NCBI GenBank assembly: GCA_025054955.1 | Contig: JANWZE010000112.1 | Coordinates: 2,310 to 66,309, forward strand | Direction of reading: 5' to 3' | Length of the DNA stretch: 64,000 bases | Source of the DNA: Blastocatellia bacterium | Lineage (GTDB): Bacteria > Acidobacteriota > Blastocatellia > HR10 > J050 | Part shown: piece after piece, positions 29,430-39,535 of the stretch | Layout of the letters: each line of letters opens with the position of its first letter | Numbering within the stretch: the first letter of the stretch is position 1 | Position numbers and translations under genes: made by a program | Notes under the pieces: model-generated | Databases searched by the model: none | What the model was told of the DNA's origin: nothing | The model's input: the letters and a program-made list of their open reading frames with translations, nothing else

Positions 29430-30614
29430 TTAGCCCCAGCACGAGGCGGCGATGTCCTCCGATTCGCCAGCAAGGCTCACGAAACTGGTGTCAGCTTCTA
29501 ACCGCTGAGCAGCTTCATCAAAAAACTCGCGGACACGGTCCAGAAATCGTCGGCGTGTGGTCAGTTCAGGCATCCGCCCGCGAAACGCAGCGGCGTTGGG
29601 CAACCCTTTGACGTAACCGCCAAGCTGATTACGAATTTCGATGACTGCTCGCTCTTCGCCTGAATAAGCGCAGAACAATTCAAAATGCCGCAGCAACGTA
29701 GCCTGCCGTTCCAGAAGCGACGGTTGAGCCGGCGGCAGCGTCTGTCGAATCTCATCCGGGAGGTTCAGTTGTTGTGCCTCGCGCAGCACGCATTGACGAA
29801 AAATCCATGGATTACCGATCGCGCCGCGCGCCACCATGACGGCATCGCAGCCGGTTTGCTCCAGCATGCGATGCGCATCAGTTGCCGAAAAAATATCGCC
29901 ATTGCCGATGACTGGAATGCTGACAGCTTGCTTGACGCGAGCGATCAACTCCCAATCCGCTCGACCTGCGTAGCCTTGCTTGCGCGTGCGCGGGTGAAGC
30001 ATGATGGCATCCACGCCTTCGTCTTCGCAGAGCCGCGCTACCTCGACGGCATTGACGCTTTGGGCATCCCAGCCGGCGCGCATTTTCACGGTCAACGGAA
30101 TCCGCACGTGCGGACGGAGAGTCCTCAGAATATGACGCAGCGTCTGCGGGTTCTTCAACAGCGCCGCGCCACTGCCGCCTTTGACAACTTTGGCCACCGG
30201 GCAGCCACAATTCAGATTGAGAATGGTCGCGCCATACTCTTCAATGATCTGAGCTGCACGCAGCATGACCGGCGCATCCGTGCCGCTAATCTGCACCATG
30301 ACCGGATGCTCGCCGGGCAGAAATTCCATCATGCGAAAGCTCATGTCAGTTTGATAACTGAGGGCGACGCTGCTGAGCATCTCTGTTGACATCAGCGCCG
30401 CGCCCTCAGCCTGCGCAATCACACGATAGGCGAGGTTCGTCACGCGGCACATCGGCGCCAGCAGATAGCGGCTGGGAATCAGCACCGAGCCGATGCGAAA
30501 TGATGTAAGCGGCAGCCGGCGCCACCACACGCTTTCTGCCGACAGATCAAGCGCCTCGAAATACGCCGGGTCCTTGAGGTAGGTCACCGTTCGTTGCTGT
30601 GACATGCTGTTCAT
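29430..30614 (-). CDS. dusB: tRNA-dihydrouridine synthase
   Basis: LAPM, NLNCGCP, GSGAALL, LTVKMRAG, HPRT, IGNGDI and VMVARGAIGNPW motifs. Confidence 0.9.
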   Translation of the reverse strand: MNSMSQQRTVTYLKDPAYFEALDLSAESVWWRRLPLTSFRIGSVLIPSRYLLAPMCRVTNLAYRVIAQAEGAALMSTEMLSSVALSYQTDMSFRMMEFLPGEHPVMVQISGTDAPVMLRAAQIIEEYGATILNLNCGCPVAKVVKGGSGAALLKNPQTLRHILRTLRPHVRIPLTVKMRAGWDAQSVNAVEVARLCEDEGVDAIMLHPRTRKQGYAGRADWELIARVKQAVSIPVIGNGDIFSATDAHRMLEQTGCDAVMVARGAIGNPWIFRQCVLREAQQLNLPDEIRQTLPPAQPSLLERQATLLRHFELFCAYSGEERAVIEIRNQLGGYVKGLPNAAAFRGRMPELTTRRRFLDRVREFFDEAAQRLEADTSFVSLAGESEDIAASCWG

Positions 30615-30880
30615 CTTTGACGATTCTCACGCCGGTTGTCAATCATCGCGTGGTGACCGAGCAGGCTACCAACAATGAAAATGGACTACAGGCAGGTCCT
30701 CATCCCGATTGTCAATCATCGCGTGACGACGGAGTGTAACCGACAGATGCTTGACCGTGGCCGAGCCGGCGCGTTGCGTATGGTTGAAGCCAAATTGGGT
30801 TGTGACGTAGAATCAGACGGCAGACCGGCGACCGAAGACCGGAAGCTTGGGTCGCCGGTCTCGTCATTAAGGAGACCGTG

Positions 30881-31981
30881 ATGATGGAAAAGCGTGTCTA
30901 CAATTTTGCCGCTGGTCCGGCGATGTTGCCGCAGCCGGTGTTGGAAGAAGCTCAACGGGACCTGCTCGCGCTGCCCGGCGTCGGCATATCGGTTCTGGAA
31001 ATCAGTCATCGCTCCACATGGTTCGATGACATGCTGCAAGCTGCCGAAGCAAATCTGCGTCGGCTGCTCAACATTCCTGAGCACTATAAGATTTTGTTTC
31101 TGCAAGGCGGAGCCAGCCTCCAATTCTCGATGGTGGCGATCAACTTTCTACGTGGAACCGGTCTGTCAGCCGATTACATCGTGACCGGTTCATGGGGCGA
31201 ACGCGCGCTGCGCGAAGCTGAACGGGAAGGCGCAGTGCGTCTAGCCTGGCACGGCCAAGACGATCACTACACGCGCGTACCGCAGCCGGCTGAGCTTGAT
31301 CTGAACCCGCGCGCGGCCTATGTCCACTTCACGTCGAATGAAACGATCCAGGGCGTTCAGTTTCCTTCAGAGCCAGAGGTCGGCGATCTCCCGTTGATCT
31401 GTGATAGCTCATCTGATTTTCTCTCGCGGCCTATTGCGATTGAGCGGTATGCGCTCGTATATGCCGGCGCACAGAAAAACGCTGGCCCAGCCGGCTTGAC
31501 TATCGTCATCATCCGCGAGGATATGCTGGATCGCGTGCCGGACGACCTCCACGCAATGCTCGATTATCGTCTGCTTGCCAAGCATAAATCGGTGTATAAT
31601 ACCCCAACCGTTTTTGCTATTTACATTCACAAGTTGGTGACGCAATGGCTGCTCGATGAAATCGGTGGGTTGGAGAAGATGGCTGCGCGCAATCGGCAAA
31701 AGGCACAGCAGCTTTACGAGGTGATTGACAGCAGCGATGGGTTCTATCGCGGGCATGCGCATCCCAGCAGTCGTTCACTGATGAACGTGACCTGGCGCAT
31801 GGCCGATCAGCAACTGGAAAAGGAATTCCTGCAACAAGCTCAGGCGCGCGGTCTGGTTGAATTGAAGGGGCATCGTTCCGTTGGCGGCCTTCGCGCTTCG
31901 ATCTACAACGCGATGCCGCTGGAAGGTGTACAGGCGCTTCGTCAGTTCATGATTGAGTTTCAGCGCCAGCATCAACGCTGA
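30881..31981 (+). CDS. serC: Phosphoserine aminotransferase
   Basis: YNFAAGPA, EISHRS, QGGAS, AGAQKNAGPAG, NTP, GHRSVGGLRASIYNA. Confidence 0.96.
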   Translation: MMEKRVYNFAAGPAMLPQPVLEEAQRDLLALPGVGISVLEISHRSTWFDDMLQAAEANLRRLLNIPEHYKILFLQGGASLQFSMVAINFLRGTGLSADYIVTGSWGERALREAEREGAVRLAWHGQDDHYTRVPQPAELDLNPRAAYVHFTSNETIQGVQFPSEPEVGDLPLICDSSSDFLSRPIAIERYALVYAGAQKNAGPAGLTIVIIREDMLDRVPDDLHAMLDYRLLAKHKSVYNTPTVFAIYIHKLVTQWLLDEIGGLEKMAARNRQKAQQLYEVIDSSDGFYRGHAHPSSRSLMNVTWRMADQQLEKEFLQQAQARGLVELKGHRSVGGLRASIYNAMPLEGVQALRQFMIEFQRQHQR

Positions 31982-32200
31982 GCGATTCGGCTCGGCTCCA
32001 GATCAAATCAGCAGGATGACGATGCCGCCGGCTTGCGGTCTTGGGTAGTTGGTTCTCGATCTGTTGTGAGTGGCGCTCGATGCCATTGAAGTGGCTGCGT
32101 GGCCGGCTTGAATCAGAGCTTTACGCTCTTTGGCCTTTGCAGTAAAATGGCTCCTCGCTCATGATGGCGTCGAGTTCAAATCAAGGAGTGGCAATCGAGT

Positions 32201-32668
32201 GTGTCTGTTGAAGCCGAGTTAAAACAGTCCAAGATTCGTTCTCTCAATTTGGCGCCGCCGGTCTCTGTTTCGGTTGGAACAAGCCTTGGCCAGGTTATTG
32301 ACGTGATGAAAACGCAGCGGGCGGCCTGCGTTCTCGTCTGCGAGCAGGACCGCGTCAGAGGCATCTTCACCGAGCGGGACTTGCTCACCAAAGTCATCAA
32401 CACGGCGAGCGATCTGGCAGCGCCGATTGACGATTTCATGACGGCTGCGCCGCGTACACTCAGTCTGGATGATCCGTTGAGCGACGCGGTCATGCTGATG
32501 CATGAAGGCGGTTATCGTCATATCCCGTTGGTGGATGGCTATGGACGTGTGAAAGGGCTATTGGATGTTCGTCACATCATAGAGTTTCTTGCCGAGCAAT
32601 TTCCTACCGAGGTGCTCAATCTTCCGCCGCGGGTGCACCAACACCTGAACACGCCTGAGGGGGCTTAG
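32201..32668 (+). CDS. CBS-domain protein
   Basis: GIFTERD and GGYRHIPLVD CBS pair. Confidence 0.88.
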   Translation: MSVEAELKQSKIRSLNLAPPVSVSVGTSLGQVIDVMKTQRAACVLVCEQDRVRGIFTERDLLTKVINTASDLAAPIDDFMTAAPRTLSLDDPLSDAVMLMHEGGYRHIPLVDGYGRVKGLLDVRHIIEFLAEQFPTEVLNLPPRVHQHLNTPEGA

Positions 32669-32739
32669 TTCAACGAGGTAGCGTCAACGGCGGGCATACA
32701 TCCTGATCATTGAGGGGCTAGAGGAGTCAAATAGCAATT

Positions 32740-34599
32740 ATGGAAGCAGCAACCGTATTACCTTTAGAGCACCGGATCGAAGAACTCGATTCGGTGACAA
32801 TTCGATTTTCGGGGGATTCCGGCGATGGCATGCAGTTGACCGGAACCCAATTCACCAATACGACGGCAGTGGTCGGCAACGACTTGGCAACGCTGCCTGA
32901 TTTTCCGGCTGAGATTCGCGCGCCGGCTGGGTCGCTGCCCGGCGTCAGCAGCTTTCAGGTGAATTTCAGTCGTCATGATATTCGCACGCCGGGCGACCAA
33001 CCCGACGTGCTGGTCGCCATGAACCCGGCAGCCTTGAAGGTGAATCTGCCCGATCTAGTTGAAGGCGGGATTTTGTTGGTCAACACCGATAGCTTCACTG
33101 AAGTCAACTTGCTCAAAGCTGGCTACAAAACCAATCCACTGGAAGACGGCAGTCTGGCCAAGTACCGCGTTTACAAAGTCCCAATTACGACGCTCACCCT
33201 GGCTGCCTTGAAGGATGTGGAGATTCCTCATAAACAAGCTGAGCGGTGCAAGAATTTTTTTGCATTGGGATTGATGTACTGGCTTTATGATCGTCCGCTG
33301 GACACAACCTACAAGTGGATTCAAACGAAGTTCGCTAAGAATCCCGCTATCGCGCAGGCCAACACACTGGCTGTGAAAGCCGGTTATGCCTACGGCGAAG
33401 CGACGGAGATGTTCACCACGCATTATCGGGTGCGGCGCGCAGCCATTGAGCCGGGCGTCTATCGTAACGTCACCGGCAATGAAGCGACGGCCATCGGTTT
33501 TATTGCCGCCTCGCAATTGGCCAATCGCCCGTTGTTTTACGCCAGCTACCCGATCACCCCGGCTAGCGATATTCTGCACGAGCTTTCGATGCACAAAAAT
33601 TTCGGCGTCAAAACATTTCAGGCCGAAGACGAAATCGCTGCCGTGTGCGCGGCAATTGGCGCAGCGTTTGCCGGGTACCTGGGATTGACCGGCACAAGCG
33701 GTCCCGGCTTGGCGTTGAAGTCGGAGGCGATCAATCTGGCCGTGATGACTGAACTGCCGCTCGTGATTGTGGACGTGCAACGCGCTGGCCCTAGCACAGG
33801 CATGCCGACCAAGACGGAACAGGCCGATTTACTGCAAGCGATGTTCGGACGTAACAGTGATAGTCCTGTTGTTGTCGTGGCGCCGGCCAGCCCAGCCGAT
33901 TGCTTCACGATGGCGATTGAAGCGTTCCGTCTGGCCACCAAATACATGGTGCCGGTGATTTACCTATCTGATGGGTATCTGGCCAATGGCGCCGAGCCAT
34001 GGAAAATTCCTTCAATTGAGAGCCTCCCCAAATTCGATGTGAAGTTTCGCACTGATCCGGAAGGCTTCTATCCCTACCTGCGCGACGAGACGACGTTGGC
34101 CCGGCCATGGGCCATTCCGGGCACGCCAGGCCTGGAACATCGCATTGGCGGCATCGAGAAGCACCATCTGACCGGCAATGTCAGTTACGATCCGGAAAAC
34201 CATCAACTGATGACCAACCTGCGCGCTGAAAAAGTAGCGCGTATTGCTCAAGATATTCCCGAAGTGGAAGTCACGGGCGCGCCGGAAGGCGACTTGCTGG
34301 TCGTTGGCTGGGGCGGCACCTACGGAGCGATTACTTCGGCTGTGGAGCGTGTGCGAGCGCAAGGCGCCGCTGTCTCCAGCGTCCATCTGCGTTACTTGAA
34401 TCCGTTTCCGCGAAACCTGGGCGACATTCTTCAACGATTCAAAAAGGTGCTGGTGGCCGAGTTGAATAATGGTCAGTTGGCCCTGTTGATACGTGCTCGC
34501 TACCTGGTGGACGCGCTCTCCTACGCCAAGGTGAAAGGTCAACCGTTTAAGATCGCTGAACTGGTTCAACGGATCGAGCAGGTCTTAGCTACGCTCTAA
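32740..34599 (+). CDS. korA: 2-oxoacid:acceptor (ferredoxin) oxidoreductase, alpha subunit
   Basis: [26 protein letters not shown] and [12 protein letters not shown] motifs. Confidence 0.93.
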   Translation: MEAATVLPLEHRIEELDSVTIRFSGDSGDGMQLTGTQFTNTTAVVGNDLATLPDFPAEIRAPAGSLPGVSSFQVNFSRHDIRTPGDQPDVLVAMNPAALKVNLPDLVEGGILLVNTDSFTEVNLLKAGYKTNPLEDGSLAKYRVYKVPITTLTLAALKDVEIPHKQAERCKNFFALGLMYWLYDRPLDTTYKWIQTKFAKNPAIAQANTLAVKAGYAYGEATEMFTTHYRVRRAAIEPGVYRNVTGNEATAIGFIAASQLANRPLFYASYPITPASDILHELSMHKNFGVKTFQAEDEIAAVCAAIGAAFAGYLGLTGTSGPGLALKSEAINLAVMTELPLVIVDVQRAGPSTGMPTKTEQADLLQAMFGRNSDSPVVVVAPASPADCFTMAIEAFRLATKYMVPVIYLSDGYLANGAEPWKIPSIESLPKFDVKFRTDPEGFYPYLRDETTLARPWAIPGTPGLEHRIGGIEKHHLTGNVSYDPENHQLMTNLRAEKVARIAQDIPEVEVTGAPEGDLLVVGWGGTYGAITSAVERVRAQGAAVSSVHLRYLNPFPRNLGDILQRFKKVLVAELNNGQLALLIRARYLVDALSYAKVKGQPFKIAELVQRIEQVLATL

Positions 34600-34612
34600 G
34601 GAGTCAACACGT

Positions 34613-35668
34613 ATGAATGCACAGAGCCAAGAACGTGGCGGCAACGGGCATGCGCCGACGCCGCCGATCAAACTGACGCGAAAGGATTTTGTTTCTGATC
34701 AAGAAGTGCGCTGGTGCCCCGGTTGTGGCGATTATGCCATTCTGGCCCAAGTGCAAAAAGTCATGCCGGAACTGGGTATTCCTCGTGAAAATATCGTGTT
34801 CGTCTCCGGCATCGGCTGTTCCAGCCGGTTCCCCTACTACATGAACACCTATGGGTTCCACGGCATTCATGGAAGGGCGCCTGCCATTGCCACTGGCATC
34901 AAGGTTGTCAATCCCAAGCTGTCGGTCTGGGTTGTCACCGGCGATGGCGATGCGTTGAGCATTGGTGGAAATCACTTCATTCATGCCCTTCGTCGCAATC
35001 TGGACATCAAGATCATCATGTTCAACAACCGGATTTATGGCCTGACCAAAGGGCAGTATTCGCCGACATCGGAATTTGGCAAGAAGACCAAGTCCACGCC
35101 GCAAGGTTCAATTGACTATCCGATCAATCCCATCAGCTTGGCGCTGGGCGCGGAAGCCACGTTTGTCGCTCGCTCGGTGGACCGCGACACCAAGCACCTG
35201 GCCGAGATGATCGAGCGCGCGGCGCACCACAAGGGATCGGCGTTCATTGAAGTTTTTCAGAATTGCAATATCTTCAACGACGGCGCCTTTGAGGCCTTTG
35301 TGGATCGAGCAGTCAGAGATGATCGCATGATCAATTTGGAGCATGGTCAACCGCTGCGGTTTGGCAAAGACCGTCAGAAAGGCATTCGCTGGACCGGCCA
35401 GCGACTGGAAGTGGTGGAACTGGGCAACGGCGTGAGCGAGTCAGACTTGCTGGTTCACGATGAGCGGTCGCCGAATCCGGGTCTGGCCTTCCTGCTGGGA
35501 CGCATGGAATACCCAGCATACCCGGTGCCTGTTGGCGTGTTTCGCGCCATTGACCGGCCCACGTATGAAGAGCTGCTTGAACAGCAAGTTCAAACAGCTA
35601 TTCAACAGCAGGGCGCCGGTGAGTTGAGCAAACTGCTGCACGGCGCCGAGACGTGGACGATTGAATAG
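34613..35668 (+). CDS. korB: 2-oxoacid:ferredoxin oxidoreductase, beta subunit
   Basis: WCPGCGD, SGIGCSS and TPP motif GDGD...NNRIYGLTKGQYSPT. Confidence 0.93.
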   Translation: MNAQSQERGGNGHAPTPPIKLTRKDFVSDQEVRWCPGCGDYAILAQVQKVMPELGIPRENIVFVSGIGCSSRFPYYMNTYGFHGIHGRAPAIATGIKVVNPKLSVWVVTGDGDALSIGGNHFIHALRRNLDIKIIMFNNRIYGLTKGQYSPTSEFGKKTKSTPQGSIDYPINPISLALGAEATFVARSVDRDTKHLAEMIERAAHHKGSAFIEVFQNCNIFNDGAFEAFVDRAVRDDRMINLEHGQPLRFGKDRQKGIRWTGQRLEVVELGNGVSESDLLVHDERSPNPGLAFLLGRMEYPAYPVPVGVFRAIDRPTYEELLEQQVQTAIQQQGAGELSKLLHGAETWTIE

Positions 35669-35803
35669 AAGAGAGCGGATTGGGCAGATAGATCATCCAC
35701 GAGGACGCCACATTCTTTTGAGAGTATTCAGGAAGAGATGCTGTTTAGTCGCGCTTGAACCGGACTCAGCGCTGTTTGCCCTCCGCGCTTGAAGGAGGCA
35801 TTC

Positions 35804-36328
35804 ATGATTTGTCCTTTTTGTGGTTACGACAATATCCCCGGCAGCGACCGCTGCGCCGAATGCATGCACTCGTTGCGTGATTTAGACCTACCGCAACCGA
35901 AGGAAGGGCTGCAAAGGCATTTGATGCAGGATGCGGTCAGTCTCTTGAACATGACTCATCCGGTCAGCCTTCAGGTGGACGCCTCCGTGGCAGAGGCCAT
36001 TGAGCTGATGAAGCAACACCGCGTCGGTTGCACGTTAGTGCTTGATGGCGAGAGGCTAGCCGGCATCTTCACCGAACGGGACGCTTTGTTCAAGCTGGCT
36101 GCCTCGCCACACGATCTCAGTCAACTGACGCTGCGCCAGGTCATGACGCCGGACCCTGCCAAACTCACGCCGAATGATTCAATGGCCACTGCCTTGAACA
36201 AAATGTCTGTCGGCGGGTTCCGCCATCTGCCGATTGTTGATCAGGCCGGCGTGCCACTTGGTTTGATCTCAATCAAAGACATCCTCGGCTATATTTACGA
36301 CACCGTGCTTCGCTCAGAACCGCTGTAG
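35804..36328 (+). CDS. Zinc-ribbon plus CBS-domain protein
   Basis: AAGGAGG RBS; CPFC...CAEC followed by GIFTERD and GFRHLPIVD. Confidence 0.88.
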   Translation: MICPFCGYDNIPGSDRCAECMHSLRDLDLPQPKEGLQRHLMQDAVSLLNMTHPVSLQVDASVAEAIELMKQHRVGCTLVLDGERLAGIFTERDALFKLAASPHDLSQLTLRQVMTPDPAKLTPNDSMATALNKMSVGGFRHLPIVDQAGVPLGLISIKDILGYIYDTVLRSEPL

Positions 36329-36630
36329 TGAGCGTGGATTTCACAAAAATCGCTCATGGCACAGCACCGTGATCGCTTGTTCTGTTTGTTGTGACTGTAG
36401 TGAGCGTGGACTTCACAAAAATCGCCATGGCGACACCGTTGCGTCATCGTTGGAGATACCACGCCGTCGTGAGCCTGGCAGACAATGATCGGGCCGTGTT
36501 TGGAACATTGAGATTTTGACGTTTCAGCTTGTTTCGGATTTCGATATTCGGATTTAGGATTTCCCTCAAAGAGGGCTTCGGATTTGGAATTTCCCTCAAA
36601 GAGGGCTTCGGATTTCCCTCAGAAGAGGGT
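36323..36630. repeat. 31-bp direct repeat (period 72) followed by heptamer-type repeats and three CCCTC/GAGGG mini-hairpins
   Basis: CTGTAGTGAGCGTGGA(T/C)TTCACAAAAATCGC at 36323 and 36395; TTCGGAT/TTCGATA run near 36530-36560; TTTCCCTCAAAGAGGGCTTCGGATTT twice plus one variant. Confidence 0.75.
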
Positions 36631-36645
36631 TCAAAATGGTCAGGC

Positions 36646-37803
36646 TCACTCCTTCAAGGCCTGGTCAAAATCGGCGATCAGCTCCTCGGTCGCTTCAAGG
36701 CCGACGGAAACACGAATCAAGCCGTCGGAAATGCCCAGCCGTTGCCGCTCCTGAGGAGACAAGCCGCGATGAGAGGTCGTCGCCGGGCGTGTGATCAACG
36801 TTTCGACGCCGCCAAGACTCGGAGCAATTATGGGGAGCGTTGTACGCCTCATGAATCGCTCAGCCGCTTCGGTTCCACCATGCAACTCGAAGCTAATCAT
36901 CCCGCTGAATCCATTGAACAATCGGCGCGCGCGTTGATGACGCGGGTGAGTGGGCAAACCGGGATAGTTAACACAGGCGACCGCTGGATGCTCTTGGAGA
37001 AACTGCCCCAGTTGCAGCGCCGATTGATTATGCTGCTTCATACGAACGGCTAGGGTTTTCAGGCCACGATGGAGCAAAAAGCAAGCATGTGGATCAAGCG
37101 CGCCGCCCAGATGATCGAGTTTTCGCTTAATGGATTCAACCAGATCACCACGACCAATCACAGCCCCGGCCACCATGTCTGAGTGACCGTTGAGGTATTT
37201 CGTGGCGCTGTGCAATGACAGGTCGAATCCCCATTCTGCCGGACGGAAGTTGATTGGAGTGGCAAACGTATTGTCAATAATCGAAACCAGGCCGTGCTCG
37301 CGGGCAAACGCGACGACCGCTTCCAGATCGCCCACTTGCAGCAGCGGATTGGTCATCGTCTCGACATAAATGGCCTTTGTGCGAGGCCGCAGATAGGAGG
37401 CCCACGACGCTGGATCATCAGCGTCTATGAAATCATAGGTAAGCCCCAGCGCAGCAAAATCCTTTGTGATGAAATCATGAGTGCCACCATAGAGGCACGA
37501 TTGCGCCAGTAAATGATCGCCGGCGGAGAGAATGGTCATCAGCGTCGTGGTGATCGCCGCCATTCCGCTGCCGGTCACAAGCGCCGCCTCAGCATTTTCC
37601 AGTGCGGCCAGCTTTTCGTGCAGCGCCAGATGATTGGGCGAATTGCTCAAGCGAATGTAGCGCAGGTCATGATAATCATCTTCGCCGGCATATTCGAACT
37701 GGGCGGTTTGAAAAATCGGCAAACTGACCGCACCGTTGATCCGGGGCACAGGCTCGCCGGCGTGAATGAGTTTGGTTTCAATATGCTTGAACGTTGTTGT
37801 CAT
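36646..37803 (-). CDS. PLP-dependent trans-sulfuration enzyme (cystathionine gamma-lyase/synthase or methionine gamma-lyase family)
   Basis: SGMAAI, YGGT, ETMTNP, DNTFATP, HSATKYLNGHSD, SLGGVE and RVSVGLE motifs. Confidence 0.92.
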   Translation of the reverse strand: MTTTFKHIETKLIHAGEPVPRINGAVSLPIFQTAQFEYAGEDDYHDLRYIRLSNSPNHLALHEKLAALENAEAALVTGSGMAAITTTLMTILSAGDHLLAQSCLYGGTHDFITKDFAALGLTYDFIDADDPASWASYLRPRTKAIYVETMTNPLLQVGDLEAVVAFAREHGLVSIIDNTFATPINFRPAEWGFDLSLHSATKYLNGHSDMVAGAVIGRGDLVESIKRKLDHLGGALDPHACFLLHRGLKTLAVRMKQHNQSALQLGQFLQEHPAVACVNYPGLPTHPRHQRARRLFNGFSGMISFELHGGTEAAERFMRRTTLPIIAPSLGGVETLITRPATTSHRGLSPQERQRLGISDGLIRVSVGLEATEELIADFDQALKE

Positions 37804-37908
37804 AGTGAGTCATCTCCTGGGTTAGTTCGGAGCCCGATTGATGCGACATACCTAAGCCTCGAATCATGCTCCACGCCACTAATTGCCACACCCGGCAAGC
37901 CATCGGCT

Positions 37909-38121
37909 TCAGCTCACTGTTGCTCCGCCGCCGACAAAATGAACGATTTCCAAACGGTCATTTTCCTGAACGAGCGTCGTCGCCCAATCGGCACGGCGGA
38001 CAATCTCCTGATTCCGTTCGACGGCGATGCGCTCTTCGTTCACGTTCAAGTAGCGAAGCAAGGCTTGCACAGTCAGCCCTGCCGGGATGTCGCGCGGTTC
38101 ACCATTGATTATTACTTTCAT
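37909..38121 (-). CDS. thiS: ThiS-like sulfur carrier protein with C-terminal extension
   Basis: MKVIINGE...IAVERNQEIV...DRLEIVHFVGGG followed by ATVS. Confidence 0.85.
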   Translation of the reverse strand: MKVIINGEPRDIPAGLTVQALLRYLNVNEERIAVERNQEIVRRADWATTLVQENDRLEIVHFVGGGATVS

Positions 38122-38165
38122 GGTTTTGGATTGTAGCACTGCTCGGCCAAAGATAAAATCATTCT

Positions 38166-38846
38166 ATGTTGCAAGTCGCTCAACTGGGTCGCGCGCGTTA
38201 CGGGCCGGTGTGGCAATGGCAGCGGCGCTGCCTGCAACGACGGCAGCGCGGCGAAATTCCCGATCAGCTCATTTTGGTTGAGCATGAGCCGGTCATTACG
38301 TTGGGCCGGAACGCGGCGCTGGACAACGTACTCGTGGACGAAGCGACACTAGCCGCTTATGGCATTGAGCTGCATCACATCGAACGCGGTGGCGACGTGA
38401 CATTTCATGGACCAGGTCAGTTGGTTGGCTACCCGATCGTTCACCTGCGCGAGCGGGGCATCGCCGGGCCGGTTCGTTATGTGTGGATGCTGGAAGAGGT
38501 GTTGATAGAGGCGCTGGCTGAGTACGGCGTCGAGGCGTTTCGTCGCGAGAAGATGCGCGGCGTCTGGACTGATCGAGGAAAGATCGCCGCCTTGGGCGTC
38601 CATGTTTCGCGTGGCGTTACCATGCACGGGTTCGCGCTCAACGTCAATACCAACCTGGACTACTACCAACTGATCGTGCCATGCGGGTTGACAGACCGGC
38701 GCGTCACGTCGCTCAGTCAATGGTGTGGACGGGAAATTCCCTTGCGCGAGGTTGAGGAACGGGTGATCGCCGCTTTCGTCCGTCTCTTCGGATATGAATC
38801 AGTGCAAAGGAATTTTGATTGCCAAACCATCGAACGAGGGATATAA
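38166..38846 (+). CDS. lipB: Lipoyl(octanoyl) transferase
   Basis: EHEPVITLGR, RGGDVTFHGPGQLVGYP, KIAALG, HGFALN and IVPCG motifs. Confidence 0.95.
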   Translation: MLQVAQLGRARYGPVWQWQRRCLQRRQRGEIPDQLILVEHEPVITLGRNAALDNVLVDEATLAAYGIELHHIERGGDVTFHGPGQLVGYPIVHLRERGIAGPVRYVWMLEEVLIEALAEYGVEAFRREKMRGVWTDRGKIAALGVHVSRGVTMHGFALNVNTNLDYYQLIVPCGLTDRRVTSLSQWCGREIPLREVEERVIAAFVRLFGYESVQRNFDCQTIERGI

Positions 38847-38887
38847 ATGAAGGCGAAGAATCGAATCGGACCGGGGGCGCGAACAAG

Positions 38888-39460
38888 ATGATGAAGGTTG
38901 CCATCATTGGCTCACATGGGTGTGGTAAGACGGCATTGGCGTTCTCGCTGTGCACTGAGTTACAGAAGCGCGGGCATCGTGTTGAGCTGGTCGTCGAAAT
39001 GGCCCGGCGCAGTCCATTTCCGATTAACGAAGCAACGTCTGAGGAGGGACAGCTTTGGATTCTGCATCGGCACATTGTCGCTGAGTTGGAAGCCTCAGCG
39101 CGGGCCGCAACCGTCGTCTGTGATCGCTCGGTGCTGGACAACTACGCCTACTACAGTCATAAATTCGGGCGGCGACCTCACCTGGATGCGCTCGTTCGTG
39201 AATGGACCAAGACGTATGCGTTGCTAGTGAAGGTTCCAATCGTGGATCACTGGCTGATCAACGACGGCGTTCGCTCGGTTGATCGTCAGTTCCAAGCGCA
39301 GATTGACGCGCTGGTCGAGACCATGTTGAAAGAGCTGGCTCACGGCAACACCGGCCTGCTTCGGCTCAGTTATCCATTCGATGTCGAACAAATCATCGCG
39401 GCGCTGCCCACGAGCGACGCCACGCAGGCCTTGAGCCAACAAGCCGCTTACCCGGCTTGA
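38888..39460 (+). CDS. P-loop NTPase (AAA_28/NadR-kinase-like)
   Basis: GSHGCGKT, E.AR, CDRSVLDNYAY, DGVR. Confidence 0.8.
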   Translation: MMKVAIIGSHGCGKTALAFSLCTELQKRGHRVELVVEMARRSPFPINEATSEEGQLWILHRHIVAELEASARAATVVCDRSVLDNYAYYSHKFGRRPHLDALVREWTKTYALLVKVPIVDHWLINDGVRSVDRQFQAQIDALVETMLKELAHGNTGLLRLSYPFDVEQIIAALPTSDATQALSQQAAYPA

Positions 39461-39535
39461 TCGCTCATTCTGTCACACGGACGCGATGACAATCTGCTTG
39501 TGGCGCCAAACCTGCTGGTCGCCCGGCTTGATCGC

